Virus record (IMG/VR): IMGVR_UViG_3300037119_005846
Span: 1 to 64,000 of that record
DNA: 64,000 bases
Source of the DNA: a virus
Strand: one strand, 5' to 3'
Numbering within the stretch: the stretch's first letter is position 1; every line of letters starts with the position of its first letter. A model generated the notes under the pieces. It saw only the letters and a list, made by a program, of their open reading frames with translations, ran no database searches and was not told where the DNA came from. This document shows positions 20,344 through 29,680 of the stretch, one piece after another. The translations under genes were made by a program, and so were the position numbers.

Positions 20344-21068
20344 TGTCGGCCCCGGCGATCGCCGTACGTCCAAGGTGGCGGCCCGCTGCTTCGGCCTCCG
20401 TCGACTGGTCACATCCGTTGTCGAACATGTTGATGTCGGCGATCGTCGTGGAGGCGGGCAGCTTCGTGGATCTGGCCGGCGGTGTGCAGCTTCCCGTCAA
20501 CGTGGCGCCGCCCCACACCGTGAACGGCTGGGGTCGGGGGATGGGGAACACCGCTGCCGGTGAGGGCGCCTTCCTGACGATCGGCACCTCGCACCGGTTA
20601 TGTCTTCAGCCGCCGTTGTCGCTGATGTGGGTCGGCAGCCGGGACGGCACCCCCGACGACTTCGCCGACCTGTTCGGGGTGATCCTCGACGCCAACCCGT
20701 ACTTCTGTTACGGACTCGGCTTCGAGACTTCACCGTCGACCAGGATGAAGTTCGCCTACAACGACTCCGGGTCCAGCTACTACAACGCCCAAACGACGGC
20801 CGCGTTGCCAGCCGGACCGCAGGTGGCGGTCGGTGTCCTACCTCGGGGTAACGGGTCCGCCCTGTACGCCAACGGCACCGTGGCGACTGGCAATACGTGC
20901 AATGTGATCGGGTATACGTCGACGGCAATATTCATCATTGCAGGAAGCAACCTGCTCGGCCGTGCCACCCGAGCCACAACGAATTTCGGGGCCGTCTGGA
21001 ACCGTGAACTATCGGCTGGCGAGATCGTCCAGCTGTCCGCCGACCCGTTTACTTTTCTGAGGAGGTGA
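20343..21068 (+). CDS. LamG/concanavalin-like domain protein
   Basis: VDWSHPL, LYANG and VWNRELSAGEI.QL.ADPF motifs. Confidence 0.7.
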   Translation: MSAPAIAVRPRWRPAASASVDWSHPLSNMLMSAIVVEAGSFVDLAGGVQLPVNVAPPHTVNGWGRGMGNTAAGEGAFLTIGTSHRLCLQPPLSLMWVGSRDGTPDDFADLFGVILDANPYFCYGLGFETSPSTRMKFAYNDSGSSYYNAQTTAALPAGPQVAVGVLPRGNGSALYANGTVATGNTCNVIGYTSTAIFIIAGSNLLGRATRATTNFGAVWNRELSAGEIVQLSADPFTFLRR

Positions 21069-21072
21069 CCCG

Positions 21073-22290
21073 ATGATCGCTGCGGGCCGCGTCGCACTCC
21101 TCGCAACGCCTGCATCGGCGTCGACCAGCAAGTACACCGAACTCGAATGGTCACTGAAGACTCAATCGCCGGCCGTCAACACTGACGTCTACGAGTTCCG
21201 GGTCTTCGCCGGGTCGACACCGCTCAACTCGTACGCCGTAACCCCGCAGCTCACCATCAGCGTTGCTGTCAGCACCTACGACGAGACCGGTCGCAGTGTC
21301 ACCATCGCCGCCACGGTCAACAGCACCAGCGTGCAGTACATCGGGATCCTCACCCAAGAGGGATTCCGCTGGCGCAACGACGACGGCAGTGAGACAACGG
21401 CGACGGGACTGGCGGCTCAGGACACCAATGCATCGCTCGTTCTCGCCACAGCGGCTCGCCTTCGAGTGCTGGTCGACACCGCCGGCAGCCAGGCTCCAAC
21501 GAAGTACAAGCTCTACTACAAGAAGACGACCGACTCAGTGTGGGCGCCCGTCCCGGTGGGATCTGGTGGTGGTTCTCCGGTCTATGTCGCTACATCGTCC
21601 AATATCACCGCCTCCGGTCAGGACACGACGGCGCTCCTCGCAGCGCCTTCGGGCAAGACCACCGCTGACTTCCTGACCGGCCGCATGTGGGACGACGAGA
21701 ACGGCGTTGATGCCGTTGACTTAACTGGTGTTCCCTCGTTCGCCCCGTTCGTGCTCGCCGACATCACCGGCCCCGGCATGGGCACTCCGTCCGTCACTGC
21801 CGGCGTGCTGTCGACATCGAACGGCGGCTACGGGCGCCTGATCTTCCTACCGGCTACACGCACTGCCCATAACTGCCTCTTCGAGGTCGAAGTAGATCGC
21901 TCCGAAATCGATGGTGAGTCCTGGTGGGCACTGCTGGTCAACACCGACTCCAGTGCTAACGGCGGAATCAAGACGATGATTCATTGGGGGAGCCACAACA
22001 CCTCCGACGCTTCGGGAGTGTCTGCTGGTCTGTCCAGTGACTGGATGTACGCAAGCGGCACGATGGCTCGGATCGCTTCTGACCCGTCTGGATGGACGAA
22101 CTCGGGGGTTCACACGGTCGGCCTTCGTGTCGTCGGTTCACAGGTCACCGTTGTCCTGGATGGCATAGATGTGTTCCAAGTAACTGACTCGGCCTTTGCC
22201 ACGATGACAGCCGGAGGTTACGTCGGCGTCGGCGGTGACACAGGTGGTGCCACGCGCTCCTGGAACACCTGGCGTCTGACGGAGTTGTAG
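21073..22290 (+). CDS. Modular appendage protein: KYTELEW module (B) + FRWRNDDG module (A) + lectin-like domain
   Basis: Internal similarity to 19454-19900, 22293-22547 and the C-terminus of 22558-24468. Confidence 0.7.
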   Translation: MIAAGRVALLATPASASTSKYTELEWSLKTQSPAVNTDVYEFRVFAGSTPLNSYAVTPQLTISVAVSTYDETGRSVTIAATVNSTSVQYIGILTQEGFRWRNDDGSETTATGLAAQDTNASLVLATAARLRVLVDTAGSQAPTKYKLYYKKTTDSVWAPVPVGSGGGSPVYVATSSNITASGQDTTALLAAPSGKTTADFLTGRMWDDENGVDAVDLTGVPSFAPFVLADITGPGMGTPSVTAGVLSTSNGGYGRLIFLPATRTAHNCLFEVEVDRSEIDGESWWALLVNTDSSANGGIKTMIHWGSHNTSDASGVSAGLSSDWMYASGTMARIASDPSGWTNSGVHTVGLRVVGSQVTVVLDGIDVFQVTDSAFATMTAGGYVGVGGDTGGATRSWNTWRLTEL

Positions 22291-22292
22291 CG

Positions 22293-22547
22293 ATGGCCAA
22301 GTACACCGAGTTCGAGTGGAACCTGAAGCTCCAGTCCCCGGCGACTGGCAGTGAGGTCTACGAGTTCCGCGTCTATGCCGAGGACGACCCGTTCGGCACC
22401 TACGCCGTCACCCCGCAGCTGACGGTCAGTGGTGGCGGAACAACCGGCTCATTCGTCGGCGTCAACGCCGTCACTGCCGCTTACATTGGCACTACCGCTG
22501 TCACTAAACTGTACGTTGGAACCACTCAGGTGTGGCCGCCCGTCTAG
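22293..22547 (+). CDS. Small appendage protein with KYTEFEW module (B)
   Basis: KYTEFEW.LKLQSPA...VYEFRV.A; C-terminal KLYVGTTQVWP. Confidence 0.65.
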   Translation: MAKYTEFEWNLKLQSPATGSEVYEFRVYAEDDPFGTYAVTPQLTVSGGGTTGSFVGVNAVTAAYIGTTAVTKLYVGTTQVWPPV

Positions 22548-22557
22548 GAAGTGAAGT

Positions 22558-24468
22558 ATGAGCAGCACCCAAGATTTCCCGCCAGCAATCGGCCAGAGCC
22601 CGTGGGGTGAGGACCTCAACACGTATCTGGCGTGGCTCGACACCCGGCTCGCCCGCATCGAGGACGGCACGATCGGCCCGCAACTGCCGTTCGCGCTGTC
22701 ACCGTTCGGCGCCGTGCACGCTCTCGTCTCTGATCTCGTGACGTTGGCAACCACCCCGCCGCTCGGCACGCTCGGCGTCAACAACTCCGTGCACGTCATG
22801 ACGTCGGACACGCCGACGCTGACGGTGCCGCCGCCCACTGTCTGGACGCTCGCCCCGGCCAACGCCGCCCACGTCATGACGTCGAACACCCCGGCGCTGC
22901 TACCGGACGGGCCGGTCGAGTTGACGATGGAGGCGGGGGCGACGACCTTCCAGCCGTGGGTCCAGCTGCAGGTCGGGTCGACGGCGACGATCACGTGGAA
23001 GGACACGGCCGGGGCGACGATCGGCACCGGTTCGCAGCCGACGATCACGGTGCCCACCGACCGCATCGTCCGCATGTACGTCACCCAGAGCGGGCTGCCG
23101 GCGATGAACCAGGTCGACTACTTCAACATCGGTTTCGACGACAACCAGGACCAGGGCCGCGAAAGCATCGGTCACGCCTACGACTGGCCCGGTCAACGCG
23201 TCGTTCAGATGGCCGGCACCCAGCTGCTGACCGGGATGCGCTATTTCATGGCGGCCAACACGCCGCTGTCGACAGCGTTCAACTTCACCGGCATGTCGAA
23301 CCTGCAGTTCATCGAATGTTTCGGGGCGAAGATCACGACCGCCGTGCTGACCGGCTGCACATCACTGATCAGGTTCTGTGTCGAGGGATGCAATATCAGC
23401 TACATGGACTTCTCCCCGGTCAAGAACTGCCTAAGGGATCTGCGCTGCGCCGCCAACCACGGCGGGCCAGTGACACTCTTCACAGACGGTCCCATGACGC
23501 AGCTATTTCACTACTGCGTCCAGGGTCAGACCGTGGCTGTACACCTACCGGGCGCCATGTTGCCAGCGATCTCCGAATTCTGGGTGTACGGCACCGACAT
23601 CACGGCGATAGACCCGATCATCTCGCCCGCCGCCGCAAGCATTCTGATGCAGCACAACCCGCTGAACCAGGCCACGGTGGACGGCATGCTGATCCAGGCG
23701 AACGCGATGGGCCTCAGCGGTAGCGGTATCAACTACAACCTGACTGACGGGCACCCGCCGACGTCGGCGGGGCAGGCGGCGCGGGTCGCCCTGGAGAACA
23801 GGGGATGCCGTATCGAGTGTCCGAATGCCGGTACCGACAGCGGCTTGAACGGCACACTCGGCACCTATACCGCGCCGACGCATCAGCCGTGGGTTCTCGC
23901 CAACACGCACACCACGGCGGGCGCCTTCGGTACCGTCAACATGATTACGAGCGTCACCTCAGGTGTGCTGGCGGCGGCGTGGGACGCATGGCAGATGTGC
24001 CTGTTCAACCCGACCGGCCACTCCACTTGGGAGGACTGCTACTTCGAGGTCGTGATCGACTGGGCCGAGATCAACAACTCATACGACTGGATGTTAGTAG
24101 TCAACAGCGACACCAAAGGCCGCAACGGCGCCCGTCTCAAGGTCAACTGGTCGGTGGTCAATAGCGGTCAGGATTGGGGTGTCAGTGCGGGCAAGTCCGA
24201 CTCATATGACTACAACACCCCCGTCGAATGTGTCCGCATCGCTCCCAACCCGGCCGGCTGGTCCAACGCCGGGGCACACAAGTTCGGCATCTACCACGGC
24301 GGCGACACCTTGTACCTCACACAGGACAGCGTGAAGACACACCGCTGCCGCACGCCGTGGATCGACTGGCTCGGCGGCGGACCGTACGCCGGGATCGGCG
24401 GCTACGGCATCGGCGGCAAGACCTATCACTTCGCGTCATGGGGCTATGCCCCCGTGACGATTCCCTGA
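22558..24468 (+). CDS. Minor tail/receptor-binding protein with LRR-like repeats and C-terminal lectin-like domain
   Basis: LTGM..L..I.C / LTGCTSL..F repeats; duplicated N..HVMTS.TP.L; C-terminus similar to the end of the 21073 ORF. Confidence 0.6.
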   Translation: MSSTQDFPPAIGQSPWGEDLNTYLAWLDTRLARIEDGTIGPQLPFALSPFGAVHALVSDLVTLATTPPLGTLGVNNSVHVMTSDTPTLTVPPPTVWTLAPANAAHVMTSNTPALLPDGPVELTMEAGATTFQPWVQLQVGSTATITWKDTAGATIGTGSQPTITVPTDRIVRMYVTQSGLPAMNQVDYFNIGFDDNQDQGRESIGHAYDWPGQRVVQMAGTQLLTGMRYFMAANTPLSTAFNFTGMSNLQFIECFGAKITTAVLTGCTSLIRFCVEGCNISYMDFSPVKNCLRDLRCAANHGGPVTLFTDGPMTQLFHYCVQGQTVAVHLPGAMLPAISEFWVYGTDITAIDPIISPAAASILMQHNPLNQATVDGMLIQANAMGLSGSGINYNLTDGHPPTSAGQAARVALENRGCRIECPNAGTDSGLNGTLGTYTAPTHQPWVLANTHTTAGAFGTVNMITSVTSGVLAAAWDAWQMCLFNPTGHSTWEDCYFEVVIDWAEINNSYDWMLVVNSDTKGRNGARLKVNWSVVNSGQDWGVSAGKSDSYDYNTPVECVRIAPNPAGWSNAGAHKFGIYHGGDTLYLTQDSVKTHRCRTPWIDWLGGGPYAGIGGYGIGGKTYHFASWGYAPVTIP

Positions 24469-24484
24469 CCAAGGAGAAACAGTT

Positions 24485-24853
24485 ATGGCCAAGCGAGTAG
24501 ACAGCACGGTCCTCGACACCGGACTCAACGTGATCAAGACCGGGGCGATCCGTATGACGGTGTGCTCGGCCGAGCCGACGAACATGGCCGCCGTCGCCGG
24601 GGTCACCCTCGCCGAGGTGACGATGGCGTCGACCGACATGACCGTCGGGGCCGGCACCGGGCAGGGCCGCAAGCTGACGACGACGGCGAAGAACTCGGTG
24701 CCGATCCTCACGACCGGCAACGCCACCCACATCGCCCTGCACAACAACTCGACGGTCCTCTACTACGTCACCACCTGCGCCCTGCAGTCGTTGACGGCGG
24801 CGGGCACGGTGAACATCCCGGCGTGGACGATCGAGATCCAGGCGCCGACCTGA
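24485..24853 (+). CDS. Putative virion structural protein
   Basis: AAGGAG RBS; VLD.GL..I, GRKLT, G.ATHIAL and GTVNIPAW motifs. Confidence 0.6.
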   Translation: MAKRVDSTVLDTGLNVIKTGAIRMTVCSAEPTNMAAVAGVTLAEVTMASTDMTVGAGTGQGRKLTTTAKNSVPILTTGNATHIALHNNSTVLYYVTTCALQSLTAAGTVNIPAWTIEIQAPT

Positions 24854-24870
24854 TGGCCTAAGATGAGCTG

Positions 24871-25101
24871 ATGGACACTGATGCTCTGACAAGAGACGAC
24901 CTGATCAAGCTGATGCAGCGAAGCAACTTTGTGCGTGACCAGCAGAGCCAGCGGATCGGTCAGCTGCTCAGTGAAAACTTAGAACTGGCGGCCATCCTTA
25001 ACGAGCTTCAGCAGGAGAACACGGCACTCCGCGAGACGATCGCGAGCGCGAATGGCGACGGCGGCGCGACGCTCGACGCGCCCGATGACGCGCTCACGTG
25101 A
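24871..25101 (+). CDS. Small coiled-coil protein
   Basis: Heptad-rich 76 aa. Confidence 0.5.
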   Translation: MDTDALTRDDLIKLMQRSNFVRDQQSQRIGQLLSENLELAAILNELQQENTALRETIASANGDGGATLDAPDDALT

Positions 25102-26201
25102 CCATCCACGTCATCGGCTTCGTCCACACGCGCTTCGACGACGTCACCTTCAGCCACTGCGCGTTCACGTCCAAGGTTGTCCGCTGGGTAGAAATGATGG
25201 CTGCCGCCGGCGAGCGAATCATCGTCTACTGGGGCGGCGATTCGCCGCCAGGCGGCGACTACGGCATGGTCGACTACGTCAGCATGATGAGCGACGCCGA
25301 GCAGAACGAGCGCTTCGGCGCCGAGCTTCCGAATACGATCCTAGACCTCGACTGGAATCCAAACGCGAGTCACTGGCGCATGCTCAACCATCGAGCAGCC
25401 GCGGCCCTGTACACTCACTGGCGTGAGGGCGACGTGATAGCGGTGCTCTCAGGGTCCAATCATGACACCCTGATGACGGAGTTCAGCCACACTTGGTTTG
25501 TCGAGCCGTGGGTCGGCTACGCCGGCATCAGTAAGCTGTCACGGGCTCGATGCTTCGAGTCGTCGGCATGGCGTCACTACATGTACGGTCAGCATCAGAT
25601 AGCCGACGGCCTGCCGCTCGACACGGTGATTCCGAACTACTACCGTCCCAATGACTTCCGCACGGGCGACGATGACGGCTACCTGCTGTACGTCGGCCGG
25701 ATGATCCAGCGGAAGGGGATCATGGACATCATCGAGGTGGCGCGGCGCTCCAAGCGAAAGTTATACATGGTCGGCCAGGGAGCGCGAGTTGATGAGGAGA
25801 ACGACACGCTCGTCTGCGACGACGGCACGGTCATGAACACGCTGGGCGTCGACGTCACGTACTTCGGCATCGTCCAGCCCGGCCCCCGCGCGGATCTGTA
25901 CGCTCGAGCATCGGCGACGATCGCGGCAACGACGTACATCGAGCCGTTCGGCGGCGTGTTCGCGGAGGCGATGCTCTCGGGTGTTCAGCCGGTATGCCGG
26001 AACTGGGGCGCGTTCGTCGAGTACGTCGACGGCAGATACAGGTTCGACGACGTCGACCAGGCCGTTGACGCGGTCGACCGAGCGGTCATAGCTCGCGGGC
26101 CGGAACTTCGCGAGCGAGCGATCGAGACGTTCAGCGTCGAGACGGCGACGGGCGCGTACGCCGAGTGGCTCGGACGCATCCGCGATACGATGGCTCGGTG
26201 A
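25098..26201 (+). CDS. GT-B (GT4-like) glycosyltransferase
   Basis: YLLYVGRMIQRKG and YIEPFGGVFAEAMLSG (ExFG...E) signature. Confidence 0.85.
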   Translation: MTIHVIGFVHTRFDDVTFSHCAFTSKVVRWVEMMAAAGERIIVYWGGDSPPGGDYGMVDYVSMMSDAEQNERFGAELPNTILDLDWNPNASHWRMLNHRAAAALYTHWREGDVIAVLSGSNHDTLMTEFSHTWFVEPWVGYAGISKLSRARCFESSAWRHYMYGQHQIADGLPLDTVIPNYYRPNDFRTGDDDGYLLYVGRMIQRKGIMDIIEVARRSKRKLYMVGQGARVDEENDTLVCDDGTVMNTLGVDVTYFGIVQPGPRADLYARASATIAATTYIEPFGGVFAEAMLSGVQPVCRNWGAFVEYVDGRYRFDDVDQAVDAVDRAVIARGPELRERAIETFSVETATGAYAEWLGRIRDTMAR

Positions 26202-26650
26202 GCCTGTACACCGACGCGCAGTCGCTGCTCGCACTGCTGGAGCTCACGGTGACGGTCGATCAGCCGTCCGTTCGCTGGGCGCAACTCGGCTCGCCGGTCG
26301 TCACGTGCGAGTCGATGGTCGTCGGCATCGTGACCGCTCGAGAGGAACCACTGTTCGCAGGCGGCGGCAGAGACTGCCAGATCCTCGAGGTGATCGACGT
26401 CGTCGCGGCGATCGCGCGCGACTGCGCATTCGGGAGCGACGCCGACGGCAACACCGACCCGGAGAAGGTAGCCGCGATCAGTGTCGCGCAGGACGCCGAT
26501 GTCACCGCGCTGAAGGCGTGGGTGGAGGCTCTGCCGCGACCCGCGGACACACTGACCAATCACACGTTCTCATCGGAGGGCGGCCTCGCGATCGTGACGA
26601 CGTCGACGTCCGTGTACGTCGGCTGGCTCGGCACCGGTGTCACGCCATGA
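26198..26650 (+). CDS. Putative tail terminator-like protein
   Basis: GTGA-coupled; C...VG, IARDC and EGG pattern resembles actinophage tail terminators. Confidence 0.4.
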   Translation: MSLYTDAQSLLALLELTVTVDQPSVRWAQLGSPVVTCESMVVGIVTAREEPLFAGGGRDCQILEVIDVVAAIARDCAFGSDADGNTDPEKVAAISVAQDADVTALKAWVEALPRPADTLTNHTFSSEGGLAIVTTSTSVYVGWLGTGVTP

Positions 26651-26871
26651 CCGCGCGACGCTTCGAGCTGCATCGAGACGTCGACGTCACCGGCATCTCG
26701 GGTACCGGCGTCGTCGCCGAGGGAGTTCTCTTCTCCGATGACGTCGCCGTGCTTCACTGGGTCAGCCAGTGGCCGTCGTCGGTCGTTCACTACGAGCGCG
26801 GCATGGAGAGCGTTGAGCATGTCCACGGGCACGGCGGGCAGACGCGCATCGTCTGGCTGGACGAGTCGTGA
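26647..26871 (+). CDS. Conserved hypothetical actinophage protein
   Basis: RF.L.RD.DVTG.SGTG.VAEG..FSD...HGHGG.TRIVW. Confidence 0.65.
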   Translation: MTARRFELHRDVDVTGISGTGVVAEGVLFSDDVAVLHWVSQWPSSVVHYERGMESVEHVHGHGGQTRIVWLDES

Positions 26872-28418
26872 CCAACGTCCTCGGCGAGCTCGACGACATG
26901 AGCCTGATGGAGCGCATCGCGCTTCTGCCACGAGACGAGCGCGACCGTGTGATCACCGGCCTGACCGACGCAGAGCTGAGTGATCCGCGGGTGTGGCTGA
27001 GGCCGAAGCAGCAGAAGGTGATGGACGACCCGTCACCGATTGTCGTTGTCGCGTCAGGTCGCGGATCAGGAAAGACTCGCATTGGCTCAAGCTGGACGAT
27101 CGAGAAGGCACGCCGTCCGGGCACACGCATACACTTAGTGGGGCGCACCGTCGCAGACGTCCGGGATGTCATGGTACAAGGCGACAGCGGGATTCTGAGT
27201 ATCAGTCCGCCCGACTTCAAACCGGAGTACGTGCCGTCAGTCAGGCGCTTGATGTGGCCGAACGGATCGATGGCGATCACGCACAGCTCGGAAACGGCTG
27301 ACAGCCTTCGCGGTCCGCAGGCAGACGCGACGTGGGCCGATGAAGCCGGGACGTTTAAGACGAAGCCAGACAGCTCCGGCGCGACGACTTGGGACAACAT
27401 TCTCCTGTCTACTCGTCTTGGGTCTCACCCGCAGATCCTCGTGACGACAACGCCTCGTCGCACCCGCATTATCAAAGAGCTGTTCGCTGACGCAAAGAGC
27501 GCGCCCGATCGTGTGTCGCTGCACATTGGTAGTACACTCGACAATCGCGCCAACCTCGCGCCGGAGTACCTCGCCAACATCATCGCGATGTACGACGGCA
27601 CGCCGCTGGCAGCGCAGGAGATCTACGGCGAGCTGCTCGACGAGGTCGCCGGCGCGATGTGGCGGGACACGGACTTCGTCTACGAGCCGGCGGACCGTGA
27701 TCTGCTGCCGGAGCTCGTGACCGTGATCGGCGTCGACCCGGGCCTGACGACGGGCGGCGACAGCACAGGCATCGTCACGGTTCGCGGGACGACGGATCGA
27801 TTGCTCACGGACAGGCGCGCGTGGGTGGCGCGCGACGACACCGAGAGCGGGGGCGGTGTGAGCCCTGACCGGTGGGCGGCGCGCGTCGTCGCCGTCTGGC
27901 GAGAAGAGACGGCGCTGTGTCGCCGGCCGGCGATCGTGGTAGCCGAGAAGAACGCCGGCGGCGAGCTGGTGTCGACCGTGATTCGCCAGACCGAGGGCGG
28001 GACGGAGATACCGATCGCGCTGGTGCACGCGAAGGGGAGCAAGATGGCGCGCGCCGAGCCGGTCTTGCTCGCGTACAGGCGCGGGCGCGTGCTTCATGAA
28101 GACGTGCTGCCGGAACTGGAAGACGAGATGACGTCGTATGAAGAGAGCTCGGGCTGGTCGCCGAACCGGCTCGACGCTGCCGTGCATGCTCTTCGGGCGC
28201 TGCTGGTGAACGACGAGGCGCTGCGGCGGTTCGGGTCGCTGTTCGCGGTGCGGCCCAGCGTCGAGTTCGGGACGAGCGCGTTCAGGGGCGGGGACCGGGC
28301 GCGCGGCGGGATGCGCGCGCCGCACCGGGAAGAGCGCGGGCCCGTGGCTCAGCCGATCGACGCGGGCAGTCGGTTCGACCTGCCCGTGACAGACTGGCAG
28401 CCTCGCCGGGAGACGTGA
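26868..28418 (+). CDS. terL: Terminase large subunit
   Basis: GRGSGKT Walker A, LRGPQ...W.DE Walker B, VTTTP motif C; nuclease IGVDP, EKNAGG, K..RAEP and SPNRLDA. Confidence 0.93.
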   Translation: MTNVLGELDDMSLMERIALLPRDERDRVITGLTDAELSDPRVWLRPKQQKVMDDPSPIVVVASGRGSGKTRIGSSWTIEKARRPGTRIHLVGRTVADVRDVMVQGDSGILSISPPDFKPEYVPSVRRLMWPNGSMAITHSSETADSLRGPQADATWADEAGTFKTKPDSSGATTWDNILLSTRLGSHPQILVTTTPRRTRIIKELFADAKSAPDRVSLHIGSTLDNRANLAPEYLANIIAMYDGTPLAAQEIYGELLDEVAGAMWRDTDFVYEPADRDLLPELVTVIGVDPGLTTGGDSTGIVTVRGTTDRLLTDRRAWVARDDTESGGGVSPDRWAARVVAVWREETALCRRPAIVVAEKNAGGELVSTVIRQTEGGTEIPIALVHAKGSKMARAEPVLLAYRRGRVLHEDVLPELEDEMTSYEESSGWSPNRLDAAVHALRALLVNDEALRRFGSLFAVRPSVEFGTSAFRGGDRARGGMRAPHREERGPVAQPIDAGSRFDLPVTDWQPRRET

Positions 28419-28654
28419 CGCTGGTCATGACCGACTCAGACTGGACCGACAGCCAGCTGCCGACCGACGTCGTGAAGGCGATCCGGGCGTCTCTGAGCGA
28501 GGTGTCGGTGTTCAGCGCGCGGGACTACGCGCACATCGAGGACTTCGTCTACGACGGCGTCGCATCGATCCTGGGAAGTCGCATCCGCGAGGTGAGTCAG
28601 GCGGCGCTGACCGCGGGCATCCGCGAGGCGATTCGCGCTCGGGCCGAGCGGTAG
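28415..28654 (+). CDS. Hypothetical protein
   Basis: Coupled ORF. Confidence 0.5.
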   Translation: MTLVMTDSDWTDSQLPTDVVKAIRASLSEVSVFSARDYAHIEDFVYDGVASILGSRIREVSQAALTAGIREAIRARAER

Positions 28655-28942
28655 GTGGTGGTGAGCGTGATCCCGTCGGCTGTCACGTACGTGGCCAGCC
28701 TGACGGAAGATGACGGCTCGGTCACGGTCGTCGTGCCGACGCCGACCAACCCGCGCTACATCGGCATCCGCATGACGCCGGGGACGCCGGGGCTGACGGC
28801 GGTGTACGGCGGCGACGACCCTCGGGAGGTCGGCGAGGACTCGCAGCGCCTGTACGAGCGCGTCGGTTCTGCCGTGCGCGTGCGTGAGGCGGACGGCGAG
28901 CCCGCGACACATGCTGGGACGCTGTACGTGCGTGTATGGTAG
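28655..28942 (+). CDS. Hypothetical protein
   Basis: Adjacent ORF, 95 aa. Confidence 0.5.
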   Translation: MVVSVIPSAVTYVASLTEDDGSVTVVVPTPTNPRYIGIRMTPGTPGLTAVYGGDDPREVGEDSQRLYERVGSAVRVREADGEPATHAGTLYVRVW

Positions 28943-29155
28943 AGGTCAGTGGCGGCTGACAACTTCAAGGACTCGCAGCACGCACTGCGCACCGGTCTGC
29001 TGATCGGTGCGCTTCGCGCTGCCGGCTTCGACGCGGTCATGACGACCGATCATGACGGCGACTGGACGCCCGTGATCCGGATCGTGGGCTCTGAGCAGTT
29101 CGACGTCGAGCTCCTGGCGGAGAAGTAGGGCGGGGACCGGTGACGTGAACGACTG

Positions 29156-29440
29156 ATGCCAGCCCGCCGGCTCACCCTCGTCAGCGTCGTCATCGTGCCG
29201 GCGCCGACCGCGGCTGGTCGGACACCCGTCGCTCCTCTGTGCTCGGGCCTGACCGAGATCTTCTACTCTGAGCGTCTGAGCGACAAGCGCTGGGCGATGA
29301 AGCTGTGTCGCAGTTGCCCGTATCAAGTGCCGTGCCTCGACGCGGCTCTGCACCGGCGCGAGCAGTACGGCGTCTGGGGCGGGCGGGCGTTCAGGTCCAA
29401 GCGACGCGGCCGTCAGCTGCCGTTCGATGACTCGTGCTAG
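29156..29440 (+). CDS. whiB: WhiB family transcriptional regulator
   Basis: C....EIFY......A.KLCRSCP....CL..AL...E.YGVWGG. Confidence 0.88.
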   Translation: MPARRLTLVSVVIVPAPTAAGRTPVAPLCSGLTEIFYSERLSDKRWAMKLCRSCPYQVPCLDAALHRREQYGVWGGRAFRSKRRGRQLPFDDSC

Positions 29441-29467
29441 GATTTGGGCGAAACAGGAGGTCAATTC

Positions 29468-29680
29468 ATGACCGTACTTCTCGCAGAGATCATGACCAGT
29501 CCGAGCTTCGGGGAGGTGATGTTCCTCGTCGCCGTGATCCTCTTCGTGATCGCGCTCGTCGGCGAGCTCATGTCCGTCCTCACTCATCCGCCGGCGACGT
29601 GGGCGTACGGCCGGCTCATCGCGTTTGCGGGGCTAGCATGCGTCGCCATGGGCTGGCTGGCGCTCGTGACGGGGGACTAG
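29468..29680 (+). CDS. Small membrane protein
   Basis: AGGAGG RBS; two TM segments; followed by a 34-aa single-TM ORF at 29682-29786. Confidence 0.6.
   Translation: MTVLLAEIMTSPSFGEVMFLVAVILFVIALVGELMSVLTHPPATWAYGRLIAFAGLACVAMGWLALVTGD

Noticed and set aside
19454-22547. Diversity-generating retroelement template/variable repeats
   Set aside because: No reverse transcriptase in the window, and differences between copies are mostly synonymous rather than adenine-specific.
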